This document shows, piece by piece, positions 38,926 through 48,613 of a stretch of DNA of 64,000 bases (position 1 is its first letter; the number at the start of each line of letters is the position of its first letter). The stretch lies in UHGV virus genome UHGV-0371278. One strand, given 5' to 3'. A program made the translations under genes and the position numbers. A model generated the notes under the pieces. The model worked only from the letters and a program-made list of their open reading frames with translations, was not told the origin of the DNA and did no database searches. Origin of the DNA: a virus.

Positions 38926-39765
38926 CTAAATGATTGGGATTTTTCTGCACCGGCAGTTAATCGCCCAACCTGGCGGTCCTTGGTCGGCCTTTGGACCTTC
39001 CCAAAGTCTAGGGTCATTCAGTTTGAATCTTTTCCCGTCCTTTTCCAGGTGGGTATGGCGAGGTGTCTTTCCTGCCGAAGAGTGCATCCATTCAAACTCT
39101 TCGACTCCATTCTCTGCCATTCTCTCATCACTCAACGAGCTGTAAAGTTTACTGGTTTGATCTCTTGCGATGAGTTCGATTCGGTTTTCAGAAAACTTTC
39201 CGACTTCTCTAAGTGCATTTGTTATCCCGGAAGTTCCTTGCTCCTCTGGGTTTGGAGAAGTCAGCGACAACATCACAGATGTGTAAATTTTCTCGTGGAC
39301 TTCCTCTTGAATGTTGGTGATGAGGGTATGGTTGTAAGTAGTCGCGGCTTCCAGGGTGTTCCTGACGCTTTCGTTGTATGAAGCTCGCGGCTGATCGACA
39401 CCAGCCACCGACAGGCTATGCAGAGTCGCAGCGGTCGCGGCTTCGTCGGCCAGATTGACGAACTCCGGGGCGATCTTGGCCGCGAAACCTTCAAAGATGC
39501 GATTCCATCGCTGCTGAAGGCTTCGCAGAGTCATCTTGAACAGGACGTTCACAGATTCGTCTTTCGCGAAGAACCGTTCGGCCGCAGGCTGGGATAAGGC
39601 CTTTTCAATTTCACTTCGATAATCGGCGATCATGAGTTTGGTAATATCCTTCATTTGCTTTCGATACCAGGCTTCGATTCCAGCAGAAGGAATTATGGGC
39701 TTGCCTCTTCCGACTGGAAGAGGCGCCCGGCGTTCGCGTTTCTTGGAGGCTTTGAACGCCATCAC
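38926..39765 (-). CDS. minor head protein, phage Mu F-like (SPP1 gp7 family)
   Basis: C-terminal ...PRHTHLEKDGKRF...PPGWAINCRCR motif. Confidence 0.8.
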   Translation of the reverse strand: MMAFKASKKRERRAPLPVGRGKPIIPSAGIEAWYRKQMKDITKLMIADYRSEIEKALSQPAAERFFAKDESVNVLFKMTLRSLQQRWNRIFEGFAAKIAPEFVNLADEAATAATLHSLSVAGVDQPRASYNESVRNTLEAATTYNHTLITNIQEEVHEKIYTSVMLSLTSPNPEEQGTSGITNALREVGKFSENRIELIARDQTSKLYSSLSDERMAENGVEEFEWMHSSAGKTPRHTHLEKDGKRFKLNDPRLWEGPKADQGPPGWAINCRCRKIPII

Positions 39766-42059
39766 TTACCTCCAAATGGCTTCGTCGTGTCGCCATTTGC
39801 CAGCCAACGACGGAAGGCGGGCAGATCAACTTCATGGATGGAGCCGAGTCCATCCCAGCCCGGACGGAAGCAAGACAGATATCCAGACTTGGCGTCGTTA
39901 ATGTTGTTGAAGCCGAGCATACACTTGTGCTCGTCAAACTGACCTTCCTTGTTCACCTGGTTGACGACGAAGACCCGTTTGGATCCCAGATTCGGACCGA
40001 CGAAGCAATCGACTTCATCCCCATCAGCGCCTTTCGTTCCCTTGATGAACCCGTAGTGGTGCTTCATCTGGACTCGCCAGCTCCCGTCCTTCCCTTGCCG
40101 GATGCTTCCGCGCGGATTTTCGATCAAGGTGGTTATTCCATTCACCTTGATTCTCTGGAGTTCCGAATGATCACGAGGCCCGACGATGCGGTTGGACGAA
40201 AACACTGAAGGCTCCATGCCAGACACGCCAGGTTTGGACGTGCGCTTTAAGCCAGGCGCATCATTGTGCTCTATGTCTACGCCGTCCGGCGCCTTAATGT
40301 CGTCCAGGTCTTGGAGCTTCGACAAAAGATCGACCAACAAGTTCCGCAGCTCGGCCTTGGGGTCCGGCCGCGACGGCGGTTCAGCGGCCTCGCTGGCCCC
40401 TTCCTCGGCCGCTTTCGCGAGGGGCTTAGTCGCGCGTGGAGCGGCGGGAACCGGGCCGCCTGCGCCCTCTACGGCTCCCGCCTGGGCTTCGGCTCGCTCG
40501 GCTTCGCCTTTCGCCTTGACCGACTGTGCACCGGCCTTCTCGAATTCGGCCAGGTTTTCCGGAGACATGCCCGGTTCGGTTTCTGCCTGATCGTCGGTGA
40601 GTCGGTTGTAGCCGGAACGCGGATCGTCGCGCAGACGCTCGCGAACTTCATCCGGAGACACAACGCCAGAGTTGATGTAGATTTCGTCGGTAGCGGCTTT
40701 CTTGTTGTTCAATTCGGCTTGTTGCTGGCTGGACGTGGAGTCTACAGGATTCCAGACGATTTCCAGCTGCACATCGATTTCTTCCGACTTCGCCAGAAGC
40801 AAATAGTGACGTTCGAGAAGTGGGTCGAATATGTGCTCCTGAATGGATTCCAACTCTTCGTGATAAGAAATCGTCTCATGCTCGCCAGTAGCATTGAAAC
40901 CTTTCGGCGAAGTGCCGAGCAACTTCGTGGCTGGAGTCTTGGCGATGGCTGCGACCAGCTGATATTGGTTCATGATGACGCTGTCGAAGTCGGCCAAGTT
41001 CGTATCGAACTGCTCCATGGCTTCATCAATACCCAAAACTTTCACGCCGTGGTTATCGCGATTGGCGATCCAGAACGCCAGGCGGGCGTTGAAGGCATCT
41101 TCATTCGCAATGGCCTTTTCCACATCAACATGAATGGTGCTGGTTCGCTTCGACATCGCCAGCAGCGGCGCTTCGTTCGCGGTCCGCTCGGCCGCATATA
41201 CGCGCTCATAAATGCGCTGGGTAAGCGGGATGCCGCCGAAGAGATATGTTGGCTTCAGGATATCTGGCGGCTGCGGCCCGCGAACGACTACCAGGTGGCT
41301 GCGGTGATATTTCTTCCCGCTGATGATCCAAAAATCGGGCTCATAGAAGTGTTCTGCAGACGGGTCGGCCGTCGAGGCTGCTGTGAGCTGCGGCATCGCC
41401 CAATACGGGTCTATCTGGGAGATTCCCTTGTAAGAGCCGGGGGTGATTCCATCGGGGTTGAATGGCTTCTCATAGTAGTCCGGATCGTCGGACTCAACGA
41501 CGAACAGTGCGATGCGAACGCCGAAGACGTTTTTGAATCGGTTCAACTCGACGATGTTGTCTTTGACGCGAAACTCCATGTCGCGCCGAGCGATCAGCGC
41601 GCTTTGCTCATCGGATAGCTTCCGGCCGTCCGACTTGAGTTCCCATCCGTTCCGTGCTGCGTCTTCGCCTGACATGGAGCAGGCTTTGTCCACCAACCAG
41701 TGCTGAGAAATGATGGCGCAAGCTTGGTGTCCGATGAAGCCTTGGGAGTTGTACCAGTCCTGCAACATGGTCGGAACTACATAGGGATTCTGGCCGCCCG
41801 CAGCAGCCTTCGCGGCCGGAGTCGGTCCGTCACCATACGCGCTGTCCATTGCGACGGATAGGCCCGGTTCCAGAAAATCCTTCACGCTACGGATGACCGG
41901 GGTTTTCTCCGGCTCGACGTTCCAGCCGCGAATCCTTCCCAGCTTGATCATGGGGTCGAGCGGATCGTGTTGAGGGATTTGTGCGACTTTCTCCGGCGCC
42001 GATTCAGAACAGGCAGCATTATCCTTTTTGCGCCCGAATATCCAGGAAAGTTTAAACAT
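39762..42059 (-). CDS. portal protein with C-terminal inorganic pyrophosphatase-like domain
   Basis: first gene of late operon, followed by MuF-like gene; C-terminal HHYGFIKGTKGADGDEVDCFV resembles PPase NYGYI..T...DGDPVDVLV. Confidence 0.65.
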   Translation of the reverse strand: MFKLSWIFGRKKDNAACSESAPEKVAQIPQHDPLDPMIKLGRIRGWNVEPEKTPVIRSVKDFLEPGLSVAMDSAYGDGPTPAAKAAAGGQNPYVVPTMLQDWYNSQGFIGHQACAIISQHWLVDKACSMSGEDAARNGWELKSDGRKLSDEQSALIARRDMEFRVKDNIVELNRFKNVFGVRIALFVVESDDPDYYEKPFNPDGITPGSYKGISQIDPYWAMPQLTAASTADPSAEHFYEPDFWIISGKKYHRSHLVVVRGPQPPDILKPTYLFGGIPLTQRIYERVYAAERTANEAPLLAMSKRTSTIHVDVEKAIANEDAFNARLAFWIANRDNHGVKVLGIDEAMEQFDTNLADFDSVIMNQYQLVAAIAKTPATKLLGTSPKGFNATGEHETISYHEELESIQEHIFDPLLERHYLLLAKSEEIDVQLEIVWNPVDSTSSQQQAELNNKKAATDEIYINSGVVSPDEVRERLRDDPRSGYNRLTDDQAETEPGMSPENLAEFEKAGAQSVKAKGEAERAEAQAGAVEGAGGPVPAAPRATKPLAKAAEEGASEAAEPPSRPDPKAELRNLLVDLLSKLQDLDDIKAPDGVDIEHNDAPGLKRTSKPGVSGMEPSVFSSNRIVGPRDHSELQRIKVNGITTLIENPRGSIRQGKDGSWRVQMKHHYGFIKGTKGADGDEVDCFVGPNLGSKRVFVVNQVNKEGQFDEHKCMLGFNNINDAKSGYLSCFRPGWDGLGSIHEVDLPAFRRWLANGDTTKPFGGK

Positions 42060-42237
42060 TTTAATTCCATGCGGTTGCTGGTTGTGTGCACTTATTATAG
42101 GGGAAACATCAAACGTTCAAAAGAGATTCAAACATATACATCACATTAACAGTCGCAACTAATCAGTTATGAGAAAATAATTCTTACGGGAACTTTTCGG
42201 CAGATTAGACTCTAATTATCAACCAATGGAGATTAAC

Positions 42238-42639
42238 ATGAATCCTCTTCTTCCTATCGTACATATCGTGTTGAAGGACGGCGAAGTTCTGGGCGTGTTC
42301 GATTGCGACAAGTCGGCGCGTCTGTACTGTAACGTGAAAGATGGCGTTTTGGATTCCTGGGTGGTGGAATCGCCGAATAGCTCGCGCTCGCGCCTCGTCA
42401 CGAAAGAGCGCTATGAAGTTGGCGATCACGTCATGTATCGCGACGAGCATGGAGAAGGACACGGCCGCATCCTGGCGGTCGAGCCTCGCGGCGAACGTGC
42501 TCGTGATGAGAAAGAGCTGTACAACCTGTATCAGATCAGCAGCGACGATCCATCTGTGGAAATTTGGATGCTCGACGCAGACATCATCGGCATTTATCCC
42601 GACGAAAAGCGCTTCACTTCTGAAGAGCAGATGGAATAA
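42238..42639 (+). CDS. hypothetical protein
   Basis: GGAGA 8 nt upstream of ATG 42238. Confidence 0.5.
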   Translation: MNPLLPIVHIVLKDGEVLGVFDCDKSARLYCNVKDGVLDSWVVESPNSSRSRLVTKERYEVGDHVMYRDEHGEGHGRILAVEPRGERARDEKELYNLYQISSDDPSVEIWMLDADIIGIYPDEKRFTSEEQME

Positions 42640-42670
42640 AATCTGCTCATCTACCAAAGAGGGTGACGAA

Positions 42671-42994
42671 ATGGCAAGCATCACAGTATGGATCGCCACT
42701 GCTTTCCTTTGTACTGGCGATGGCTGTGTCCAGATGCCGGATCATACCAGCAGACGGTTCGACAGCAAAGCTCAGTGCGAAGACGTCATGCTAAGAGCGA
42801 TTGATAAGATGTGGGAGCGACATCAGCTGGTTGTTCGGGCCGTTTGCACACCTTATTTCCTCAGCAGTACAGAAGTTCCCGGTTTTTACAGTCCGCCGCC
42901 CCAGCCGCCCACTGGTCTGAACCATATGTGGGACAGTTGGATTCGCGGCGGCAGCATCCCGTCTTATGAGCCGGGAAGGGGTTGGAGCGAATGA
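42671..42994 (+). CDS. hypothetical membrane/secreted small protein
   Basis: RBS AGAGGGTGA; N-terminal hydrophobic segment. Confidence 0.45.
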   Translation: MASITVWIATAFLCTGDGCVQMPDHTSRRFDSKAQCEDVMLRAIDKMWERHQLVVRAVCTPYFLSSTEVPGFYSPPPQPPTGLNHMWDSWIRGGSIPSYEPGRGWSE

Positions 42995-43194
42995 AGCCGC
43001 GCCGACCGGAAGTGCGGGTCAGCCTGGAAACTGCCCTGTGGATGTCGACATCCGCTGCTCTGCTCGCGGCGATAATCGCCGGCGCGGTTTTCCCGCCTTC
43101 GACGATTCAGTGTCCGGAAGAAAGACCGCCTGCGGCCGAGCGCTTCCACCATCCGGAAAACAGCAAATTCTTCCCTCACACACAAAAAGGATAG
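42991..43194 (+). CDS. small membrane protein
   Basis: ATGA coupling; TM LWMSTSAALLAAIIAGAVF. Confidence 0.4.
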   Translation: MKPRRPEVRVSLETALWMSTSAALLAAIIAGAVFPPSTIQCPEERPPAAERFHHPENSKFFPHTQKG

Positions 43195-43199
43195 TGAGT

Positions 43200-43511
43200 A
43201 TGAAGTATGTAGTCCTGAAGATGACTGTTCGTGGCATGTCGCGTGAAGTTCCTGTGATCTTCCCCGATCTAATCAGTCACGTGAACATGGCCGCGAGTGC
43301 GGTTGTGGCCCTCGATGCTGAGTGCGAAGGTTTCAAGAAAGCCGGCGACAAAGTTGACATCGCGGTGGTGTCGGCAGGCTTTCTGTCTTCGATGGATATC
43401 GATGCGAAATGCGACGGCCAGTCGGACTCTTTGGGAGGTCTGAAGTCGAGGGAATCAGAGGACGACGAACTCATTCGCATGATCGACTACACCCATGGTT
43501 ACGTCGGTTAA
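43200..43511 (+). CDS. hypothetical protein
   Basis: RBS AAAGGATAG. Confidence 0.45.
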   Translation: MKYVVLKMTVRGMSREVPVIFPDLISHVNMAASAVVALDAECEGFKKAGDKVDIAVVSAGFLSSMDIDAKCDGQSDSLGGLKSRESEDDELIRMIDYTHGYVG

Positions 43512-43752
43512 GGCTCGCTGCCTTTCCTGCGACAGACGCGCCGTCCTGGACGAACGAAAACTGAAGTCGAAACGCCCACCAGCATGTAGGTGGTGTGGAG
43601 GATCGACATGGCGAATCGTCAAAGAAGTTACTTGTTACAGTTCGTGCAGGCATTATCCCCATAGGGCAGGATCGGTCGGATGCATCCTCGACCGCTCAGG
43701 CTCAACAACAATCGTCGAGCTTCCTGGAGTTCCAGACGATTTTCCTTTCTGA
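43495..43752 (+). CDS. possible Cys4 zinc-ribbon protein
   Basis: CLSCDRR ... CRWCGG; weak RBS. Confidence 0.3.
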   Translation: MVTSVKARCLSCDRRAVLDERKLKSKRPPACRWCGGSTWRIVKEVTCYSSCRHYPHRAGSVGCILDRSGSTTIVELPGVPDDFPF

Positions 43753-43759
43753 GGTAAGT

Positions 43760-44023
43760 ATGGCTACTAAGGCCGATTTGGAATTTGAAGTTCAGCAGCT
43801 TCGACGAGTCGTCAAATCTCGCGAACGCGAAATTGAAGAGCTGCAGAGCCGACTGGAGCGCCATCGCGATATGATTCGCCGGGTCCGGCTCTATCTTTGG
43901 AGCCGTTTGCTGATCCATCGTCGGACCGCCGAAACCCTGGAAGTCGGCGACAGCATTGCCAAGACCATCGCCGCGAAGCGTCACAGGTCGCGAACGACGT
44001 TCTTGGAATCATCCAGCATATGA
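43760..44023 (+). CDS. hypothetical coiled-coil protein
   Basis: RBS GAGGTAAGT. Confidence 0.45.
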   Translation: MATKADLEFEVQQLRRVVKSREREIEELQSRLERHRDMIRRVRLYLWSRLLIHRRTAETLEVGDSIAKTIAAKRHRSRTTFLESSSI

Positions 44024-44125
44024 ATGACTATTGCGACAGTTATGCTGAGTATGATTACAACGACGGCGCTGAGCATGGGTTCAAGATCGGCAGCGACATT
44101 TATTGATTGCCTGTGACCCGACGAA

Positions 44126-44155
44126 CGGTAGTGCGAAAGTGCTACCGTTTTTCCA
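44126..44155 (+). terminator. terminator hairpin with GAAA tetraloop and G-U pairs followed by GTTTTTCC
   Basis: GGTAGTGC-GAAA-GTGCTACC. Confidence 0.4.
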
Positions 44156-44164
44156 TTTCTGGCG

Positions 44165-44209
44165 TATAGTCAGCTCATCGAAACGAACTTTCCAAACAGG
44201 AGAATCGAT
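44165..44209 (+). promoter_or_regulatory. -10 TATAGT plus conserved leader CTCATCGAAACGAAC
   Basis: same leader motif as 2421, 46326, 50128, 50448. Confidence 0.4.
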
Positions 44210-45139
44210 ATGAACGCAGCAGCCACCTTCAGCGGTTTCGACGATCTGGAATCCGAAATTGGATCCATCGAAATCTCGTCCGAAAAGCCCGCCACTCTGG
44301 AAGATGCGTCCATGGGTGCCAAAGAGAATCCATTCAAAGCGGTCAAGATGTACCGCGAAAAATGCATGAAGTGCGCAGGCACTGGAATATATCGCGGACC
44401 TTCCTCCTATGGGCACCAGTGCTTCGCCTGCGGCGGCGTCGGCTACAAAGAGTACAAAACCAGCCCCGAAGCACGCGCCAAGAGCCGGTCGAAGGCGGCT
44501 GAGAAGCGCCAGCAGAAACGCATGTCGGCCTTTGAGGCGAAACAAGCCAGCATCGCCAAGTTCGAGCAGGATCACCCGGACATCATCGAATGGTGGAGCG
44601 ACAACAATTTCAGTTTCGCCTGCAGCCTTCGCGATTCGCTGTATCAGTGGGGTCGCCTGTCCGACAACCAGATTGCCGCCGCGAAACGCTCCATCGAGAG
44701 TCTGGCTAAGCACCGCGAAGAGCAAAAGGCGAAAGTCGAGGCTCTTCCGACCCTGGACACTTCCGGCATCGAAGAGGCTTTCGATAAGGCCAAAAATTCC
44801 GGCATCAAAAGCCCGAAGCTGCGCCTGGCCGGCGAAGGCGAAGACCCGTTGCTTGTGGTGATCAAAGAAGCGAGCGTAAACAGCCGCAACTACGGAAGCT
44901 TGTACGTCATCGGCGATGTGTACCTGGGCAAGATCACTGGCGGCAAGTTCATCAAAAGCCGCGACTGCACCGACACTGAGAACGAAGAGATTCTGAAGAT
45001 GTTCGAAAGGCCAATGGAATCGGCAGTCGCCTACGGTCGGAAGACTGGTCAATGCTCCTGCTGCGGTCGCGAGTTGACCAACCACGCATCCATCGAAATG
45101 GGAATCGGCCCTATCTGCGCCGGAAAGTTCTTCGGATGA
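44210..45139 (+). CDS. zinc-finger protein (two DnaJ-type CxxCxGxG motifs; C-terminal CSCCGRELT...GIGPICAGKF motif)
   Basis: CMKCAGTG / CFACGGVG; RBS ACAGGAGAA. Confidence 0.55.
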   Translation: MNAAATFSGFDDLESEIGSIEISSEKPATLEDASMGAKENPFKAVKMYREKCMKCAGTGIYRGPSSYGHQCFACGGVGYKEYKTSPEARAKSRSKAAEKRQQKRMSAFEAKQASIAKFEQDHPDIIEWWSDNNFSFACSLRDSLYQWGRLSDNQIAAAKRSIESLAKHREEQKAKVEALPTLDTSGIEEAFDKAKNSGIKSPKLRLAGEGEDPLLVVIKEASVNSRNYGSLYVIGDVYLGKITGGKFIKSRDCTDTENEEILKMFERPMESAVAYGRKTGQCSCCGRELTNHASIEMGIGPICAGKFFG

Positions 45140-45240
45140 TCCATCTTACAATCAAAGTCACGGCCTGGTTCGCCCTTCTATGGGCGACCGGCTTGGCCCT
45201 CATAACCTTTGCCATCCACTTCTGCTACTGAGGATTATCC

Positions 45241-45729
45241 ATGGATACCGTCGCTGATCCGATGAAGGACAAAATCACGCTGCAAGGCCTGGGCTTCATC
45301 CAGGTCCAGCTTCCGGCAGGCCGCCTCCATGTATGGCATCCGGAGCTGCCGCGCCGGATTTGCTTCCATCACTCTTCCATCCACGATCATCGATTCGATT
45401 TCGAGTCCTTGGTTCTGGTTGGGTCTATGGAGAACATAAACTATTACGTTGACCGTTCGGCGCGCCTCTGTGAATTGACTCATGAAGGGTATGAGCACTC
45501 TTCGGCTCGCCAGGCCTGTGGCGGTCGCGGTTGGGAGCCTGTAGGCTCTGTATGCCTGCGCCAGAGGCAAGAATTCATCATCGGCGCCGGACAGCAATAC
45601 TCGATGTCGGCTTATGTCCCTCACAGGACGAATCCGCTCGGTGACGGTCGCGTGGCCACTCTCATTCGAAAGGGCGCCGTTCACAAATGGCCGGCCACTT
45701 CCTATGTGACCCTGGGAGTCGACCACTGA
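45241..45729 (+). CDS. hypothetical protein (His-rich, possible metal-binding)
   Basis: RBS GAGGA; HVWHPE...IHDHRFDF. Confidence 0.5.
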   Translation: MDTVADPMKDKITLQGLGFIQVQLPAGRLHVWHPELPRRICFHHSSIHDHRFDFESLVLVGSMENINYYVDRSARLCELTHEGYEHSSARQACGGRGWEPVGSVCLRQRQEFIIGAGQQYSMSAYVPHRTNPLGDGRVATLIRKGAVHKWPATSYVTLGVDH

Positions 45730-45844
45730 AACCGACTTCGACCGTTATCAGTGGTCGGCTCCGACGCTCTGGGAAGTCGTCACTGATGTCCTCGGCGGCG
45801 CAGAGTTCCAAATCCCATCCATTCCTTGACCGAAGGAACCTAAA

Positions 45845-46282
45845 ATGAAGAAATTCTGTATCGACATCACCAATGGTCTGGCCGGCTTCATCATCTGGGG
45901 CGGCGCCATCGTCCTAGCGGCTTCCGTCTTCATCATCGGTCCGCTGGCGCTCCTGCTGACCGGCGCCTGGGTCGTTTGCACGGCAGTGGTGTTCGCACTC
46001 TGGTTCGCCGTCGCCGGCATCTACGAAGAGTCGCAAAAGCAGACCGAGTATTTGAAATCCATAGCATCTATCCAGGCACGCGAGCGCGGCGCCGGCTTTG
46101 GTCCAGAAGACTCCGGGCCAAGCACCAGCGCTCCGGCGAATCCGGTAGAGCCAAAACTCAGCCACCCCAAGCTGAAGCCTGGCGCACAATTGGCCTCTGC
46201 AGTTGTGTTCTTCGCAGTTATCGTCGTTGTCCTGGCCGCAGGCGACTGGATCTGGAACTATTTCCAGGCTCTTACGAAATAA
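45845..46282 (+). CDS. integral membrane protein
   Basis: 3-4 predicted TM helices; RBS GAAGGAAC. Confidence 0.5.
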   Translation: MKKFCIDITNGLAGFIIWGGAIVLAASVFIIGPLALLLTGAWVVCTAVVFALWFAVAGIYEESQKQTEYLKSIASIQARERGAGFGPEDSGPSTSAPANPVEPKLSHPKLKPGAQLASAVVFFAVIVVVLAAGDWIWNYFQALTK

Positions 46283-46292
46283 TGGAAGAAAA

Positions 46293-46345
46293 TGCTTTAC
46301 TCCACTCTGGATGAAGGCAGAATAGCTCCATCGAAACGCGAAACC
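46293..46345 (+). promoter_or_regulatory. early promoter (TGCTTTACT, CAGAAT) plus conserved leader CTCCATCGAAACGCGAAACC
   Basis: repeat family. Confidence 0.45.
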
Positions 46346-46366
46346 TTCAAACAAAAGGAACCGACC

Positions 46367-47146
46367 ATGACCGACCAGAACGAATTCACTCCTGAAGCCA
46401 TCGAGAAGGCGAAAGATCGCATTCGCAAGCTGACCGCAATGGCGGCCGACTCGTCCAGTCCGCACGAAGCGGCCATCGCGGCCGAGCGGGTGAAGAAGTT
46501 AAAGGACAAATATGATCTTCACGACTTCGAAGCGACCGGCGAGATTCGCGAAGAATTCGACGAGCAAATTGCTACCCGTTACTATTCCGCAATCCCGAAC
46601 TGGATGAAGTTCTTCTCGGTGGCCGTGGCGACGTACAATGATTGCATCATGGATTTCGTCGGCGGCATCAACAATCACCGAGCATCGGCTAAGGCGTCCA
46701 GGAGCGCTCGCGACGGCAGCACCACCAAGCGCTGGGGTCATGCCGTTCGATTTAAAGGCTACAAATCTGACGTTGAGCTGGCGGTAAACATGTTCAACTC
46801 CCTGGTCGATGCAGTAGACCGTCTGTGCCGGGAATATCAGAAGGCTCAAGGTTTCGAGCGGTTCAACGTCAAGGTCGCCGCGCAATTTAAGCTCGCCGCG
46901 ACCCAGGAAATCAGCTATCGCCTCCAATCCATCACCCGGAAACGTATGGAGCTGGTTTCTTCGGCCGGAACGTCTCTGGTGGTGGTTAAGGAAGCTGCGG
47001 TCCACGAACATTTCGGCGATCCGGGTTACAAGAAGTCGAATGTTACCAAACTCATGCGTCTGGACGACAGCGACGGTCGGCGCGCCTACACTGCCGGGAC
47101 CAATGCCGGTCGCAACATGGAAATCGTTCGGTCGGTGGAGGATTAA
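46367..47146 (+). CDS. hypothetical protein (DUF2786-like N-terminal helix)
   Basis: KAKDRIRKLTAMAADSSSPHEAAIAAERVKKL; RBS AAAAGGAA. Confidence 0.5.
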   Translation: MTDQNEFTPEAIEKAKDRIRKLTAMAADSSSPHEAAIAAERVKKLKDKYDLHDFEATGEIREEFDEQIATRYYSAIPNWMKFFSVAVATYNDCIMDFVGGINNHRASAKASRSARDGSTTKRWGHAVRFKGYKSDVELAVNMFNSLVDAVDRLCREYQKAQGFERFNVKVAAQFKLAATQEISYRLQSITRKRMELVSSAGTSLVVVKEAAVHEHFGDPGYKKSNVTKLMRLDDSDGRRAYTAGTNAGRNMEIVRSVED

Positions 47147-47148
47147 CC

Positions 47149-47583
47149 ATGGGCTTTCCTAGCGACAAAGTGATGCTGCGAATCGTCCAGTCCATCCTCG
47201 CGATCCTCATCGGGATCGCTTGGGCCTGCGCCGACTATGGAGTCGTGGCCGCCGAACTTCCTCCATCGCTGCAGGCCCATCCCGCAAGGCCAGGGTACAG
47301 CGAAGTCTCGGCCCGCGACCCTAGGCTGGTCGAGGCCGAAAAAGCGCGGGAAGAGGCCTTAGAATATGTCCTGTCGCTGCGCCCGGAAGTTATCGAGGCG
47401 AAAGCCCGCTTCGCGGCCGAGGCGGCGCAGCAAGGAATGTCCACTAAGAAGTATGCTGAGGTGCATAGCCAAGCCAGAATGCTCACAGGAACGCTATTGG
47501 CGTTTGCAGTATTTATGTTGGCTGGAACGCTATTGACGTTTGCAGTCTTCTTGTTCATCTTCATCAAAACGACCAGGCTTTGA
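47149..47583 (+). CDS. membrane protein with internal 33-nt tandem duplication
   Basis: GTLLAFAVFML / GTLLTFAVFLF. Confidence 0.45.
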   Translation: MGFPSDKVMLRIVQSILAILIGIAWACADYGVVAAELPPSLQAHPARPGYSEVSARDPRLVEAEKAREEALEYVLSLRPEVIEAKARFAAEAAQQGMSTKKYAEVHSQARMLTGTLLAFAVFMLAGTLLTFAVFLFIFIKTTRL

Positions 47584-47628
47584 ATAGGCCTGGGCGGACC
47601 ACAAACCCCCAGCCAAAAGAGAATCACC

Positions 47629-47979
47629 ATGAAGAAAGAACCGATTCACCTCAGCTCTATGGCCTCGGCCCGCGCCATCGATGCGGAATTCGCATTCCGG
47701 ATGGACGAGTTCATGGCGCGCGTAGCGAAAGAGCACGAAGCGCTCGCCGCTCGTCTGAATGCCGAGAATGAAGCGCTCTGGGGCGAAATCCGCGCTGTCG
47801 CCGGCCTGAGTGCCACCGACTTCCCGAACATCGCCATGGCGCACGACACTTCCGATGGGAAGCTCTATGTCATGGACGCCGACGAGTTGGAGCGCGTCCG
47901 CCAGGCCTGCCCGTGCCCGGACTGCGCATCCGCTCGCGCAGAAAGAATGCCGTCGCAAGCCAGTGGAGGGATTCACTAA
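47629..47979 (+). CDS. hypothetical protein
   Basis: ORF with RBS. Confidence 0.45.
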   Translation: MKKEPIHLSSMASARAIDAEFAFRMDEFMARVAKEHEALAARLNAENEALWGEIRAVAGLSATDFPNIAMAHDTSDGKLYVMDADELERVRQACPCPDCASARAERMPSQASGGIH

Positions 47980-48197
47980 TGGCTCTGAAGCTATCTTCCG
48001 TTCACGTTCGAATCGACGGACCTGACGGAAAGGTTCTGTCGGAAGGCCGCGCAGAGTTCTCCGGAACTGCATTTTGGATCGCTGCGCAACGCGAAATGCA
48101 GCTCAGGCACCTCGTCGGAACTTCATTCGAAGGTGCCCTGACCTATTTGGCCGATAACGGCTATAACGTAACATTCAGCAAAGGTGAAAAGCGATGA
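47979..48197 (+). CDS. hypothetical protein
   Basis: TAATG coupling. Confidence 0.4.
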   Translation: MALKLSSVHVRIDGPDGKVLSEGRAEFSGTAFWIAAQREMQLRHLVGTSFEGALTYLADNGYNVTFSKGEKR

Positions 48198-48577
48198 TCG
48201 AAAGACACATTGTGGATGCGGAAGTCGTCGAGCGGATTCGTTCTCTTCGCATGCGACTCAACGTCCTGGATGAAACCCTGCAACGGGCCGTCGACATGGC
48301 GATGCTCAGCCACCAGAAATCTCTGCAAGACCTTCGAACCTATGAAGCTCAGCTCTGGGATGCTCTCAATGCACGTTACGGCCTGTCCGTCGAGAAGACA
48401 TATGACCTGCGTTTCGAGGGCGAAGAAGCCGTGCTGGTAGAGGTTCCGCCCGGCGACGGCCAAGGCGATGATTTCATCGTCGAGTCGGAAGCCGAAGCGC
48501 TCGCGGCCGGCCAGGAAGCCCTGGGAGTCGGCGAGGCCGTTGCGTCGACACTCAGCACCAGGAACCACACCGAGTAA
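48194..48577 (+). CDS. hypothetical acidic protein
   Basis: ATGA coupling. Confidence 0.45.
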   Translation: MIERHIVDAEVVERIRSLRMRLNVLDETLQRAVDMAMLSHQKSLQDLRTYEAQLWDALNARYGLSVEKTYDLRFEGEEAVLVEVPPGDGQGDDFIVESEAEALAAGQEALGVGEAVASTLSTRNHTE

Positions 48578-48583
48578 GACCCG

Positions 48584-48607
48584 AAGCCCGGAGCGATCCG
48601 GGCTTTT
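48584..48607. terminator. bidirectional terminator
   Basis: AAGCCCGGA-GCGA-TCCGGGCTT then TTCT; between convergent genes. Confidence 0.6.
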
Positions 48608-48613
48608 CTATGT

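Noticed and set aside
40266-41618. 450-aa + strand ORF opposite the portal gene
   Set aside because: Antisense artefact in GC-rich DNA; no RBS; the portal strand is supported by operon context
47490-47560. Short tandem duplication considered as a possible CRISPR/repeat array
   Set aside because: Only two 33-nt copies inside a coding sequence (duplicated TM segment); no spacer-repeat architecture anywhere in the window
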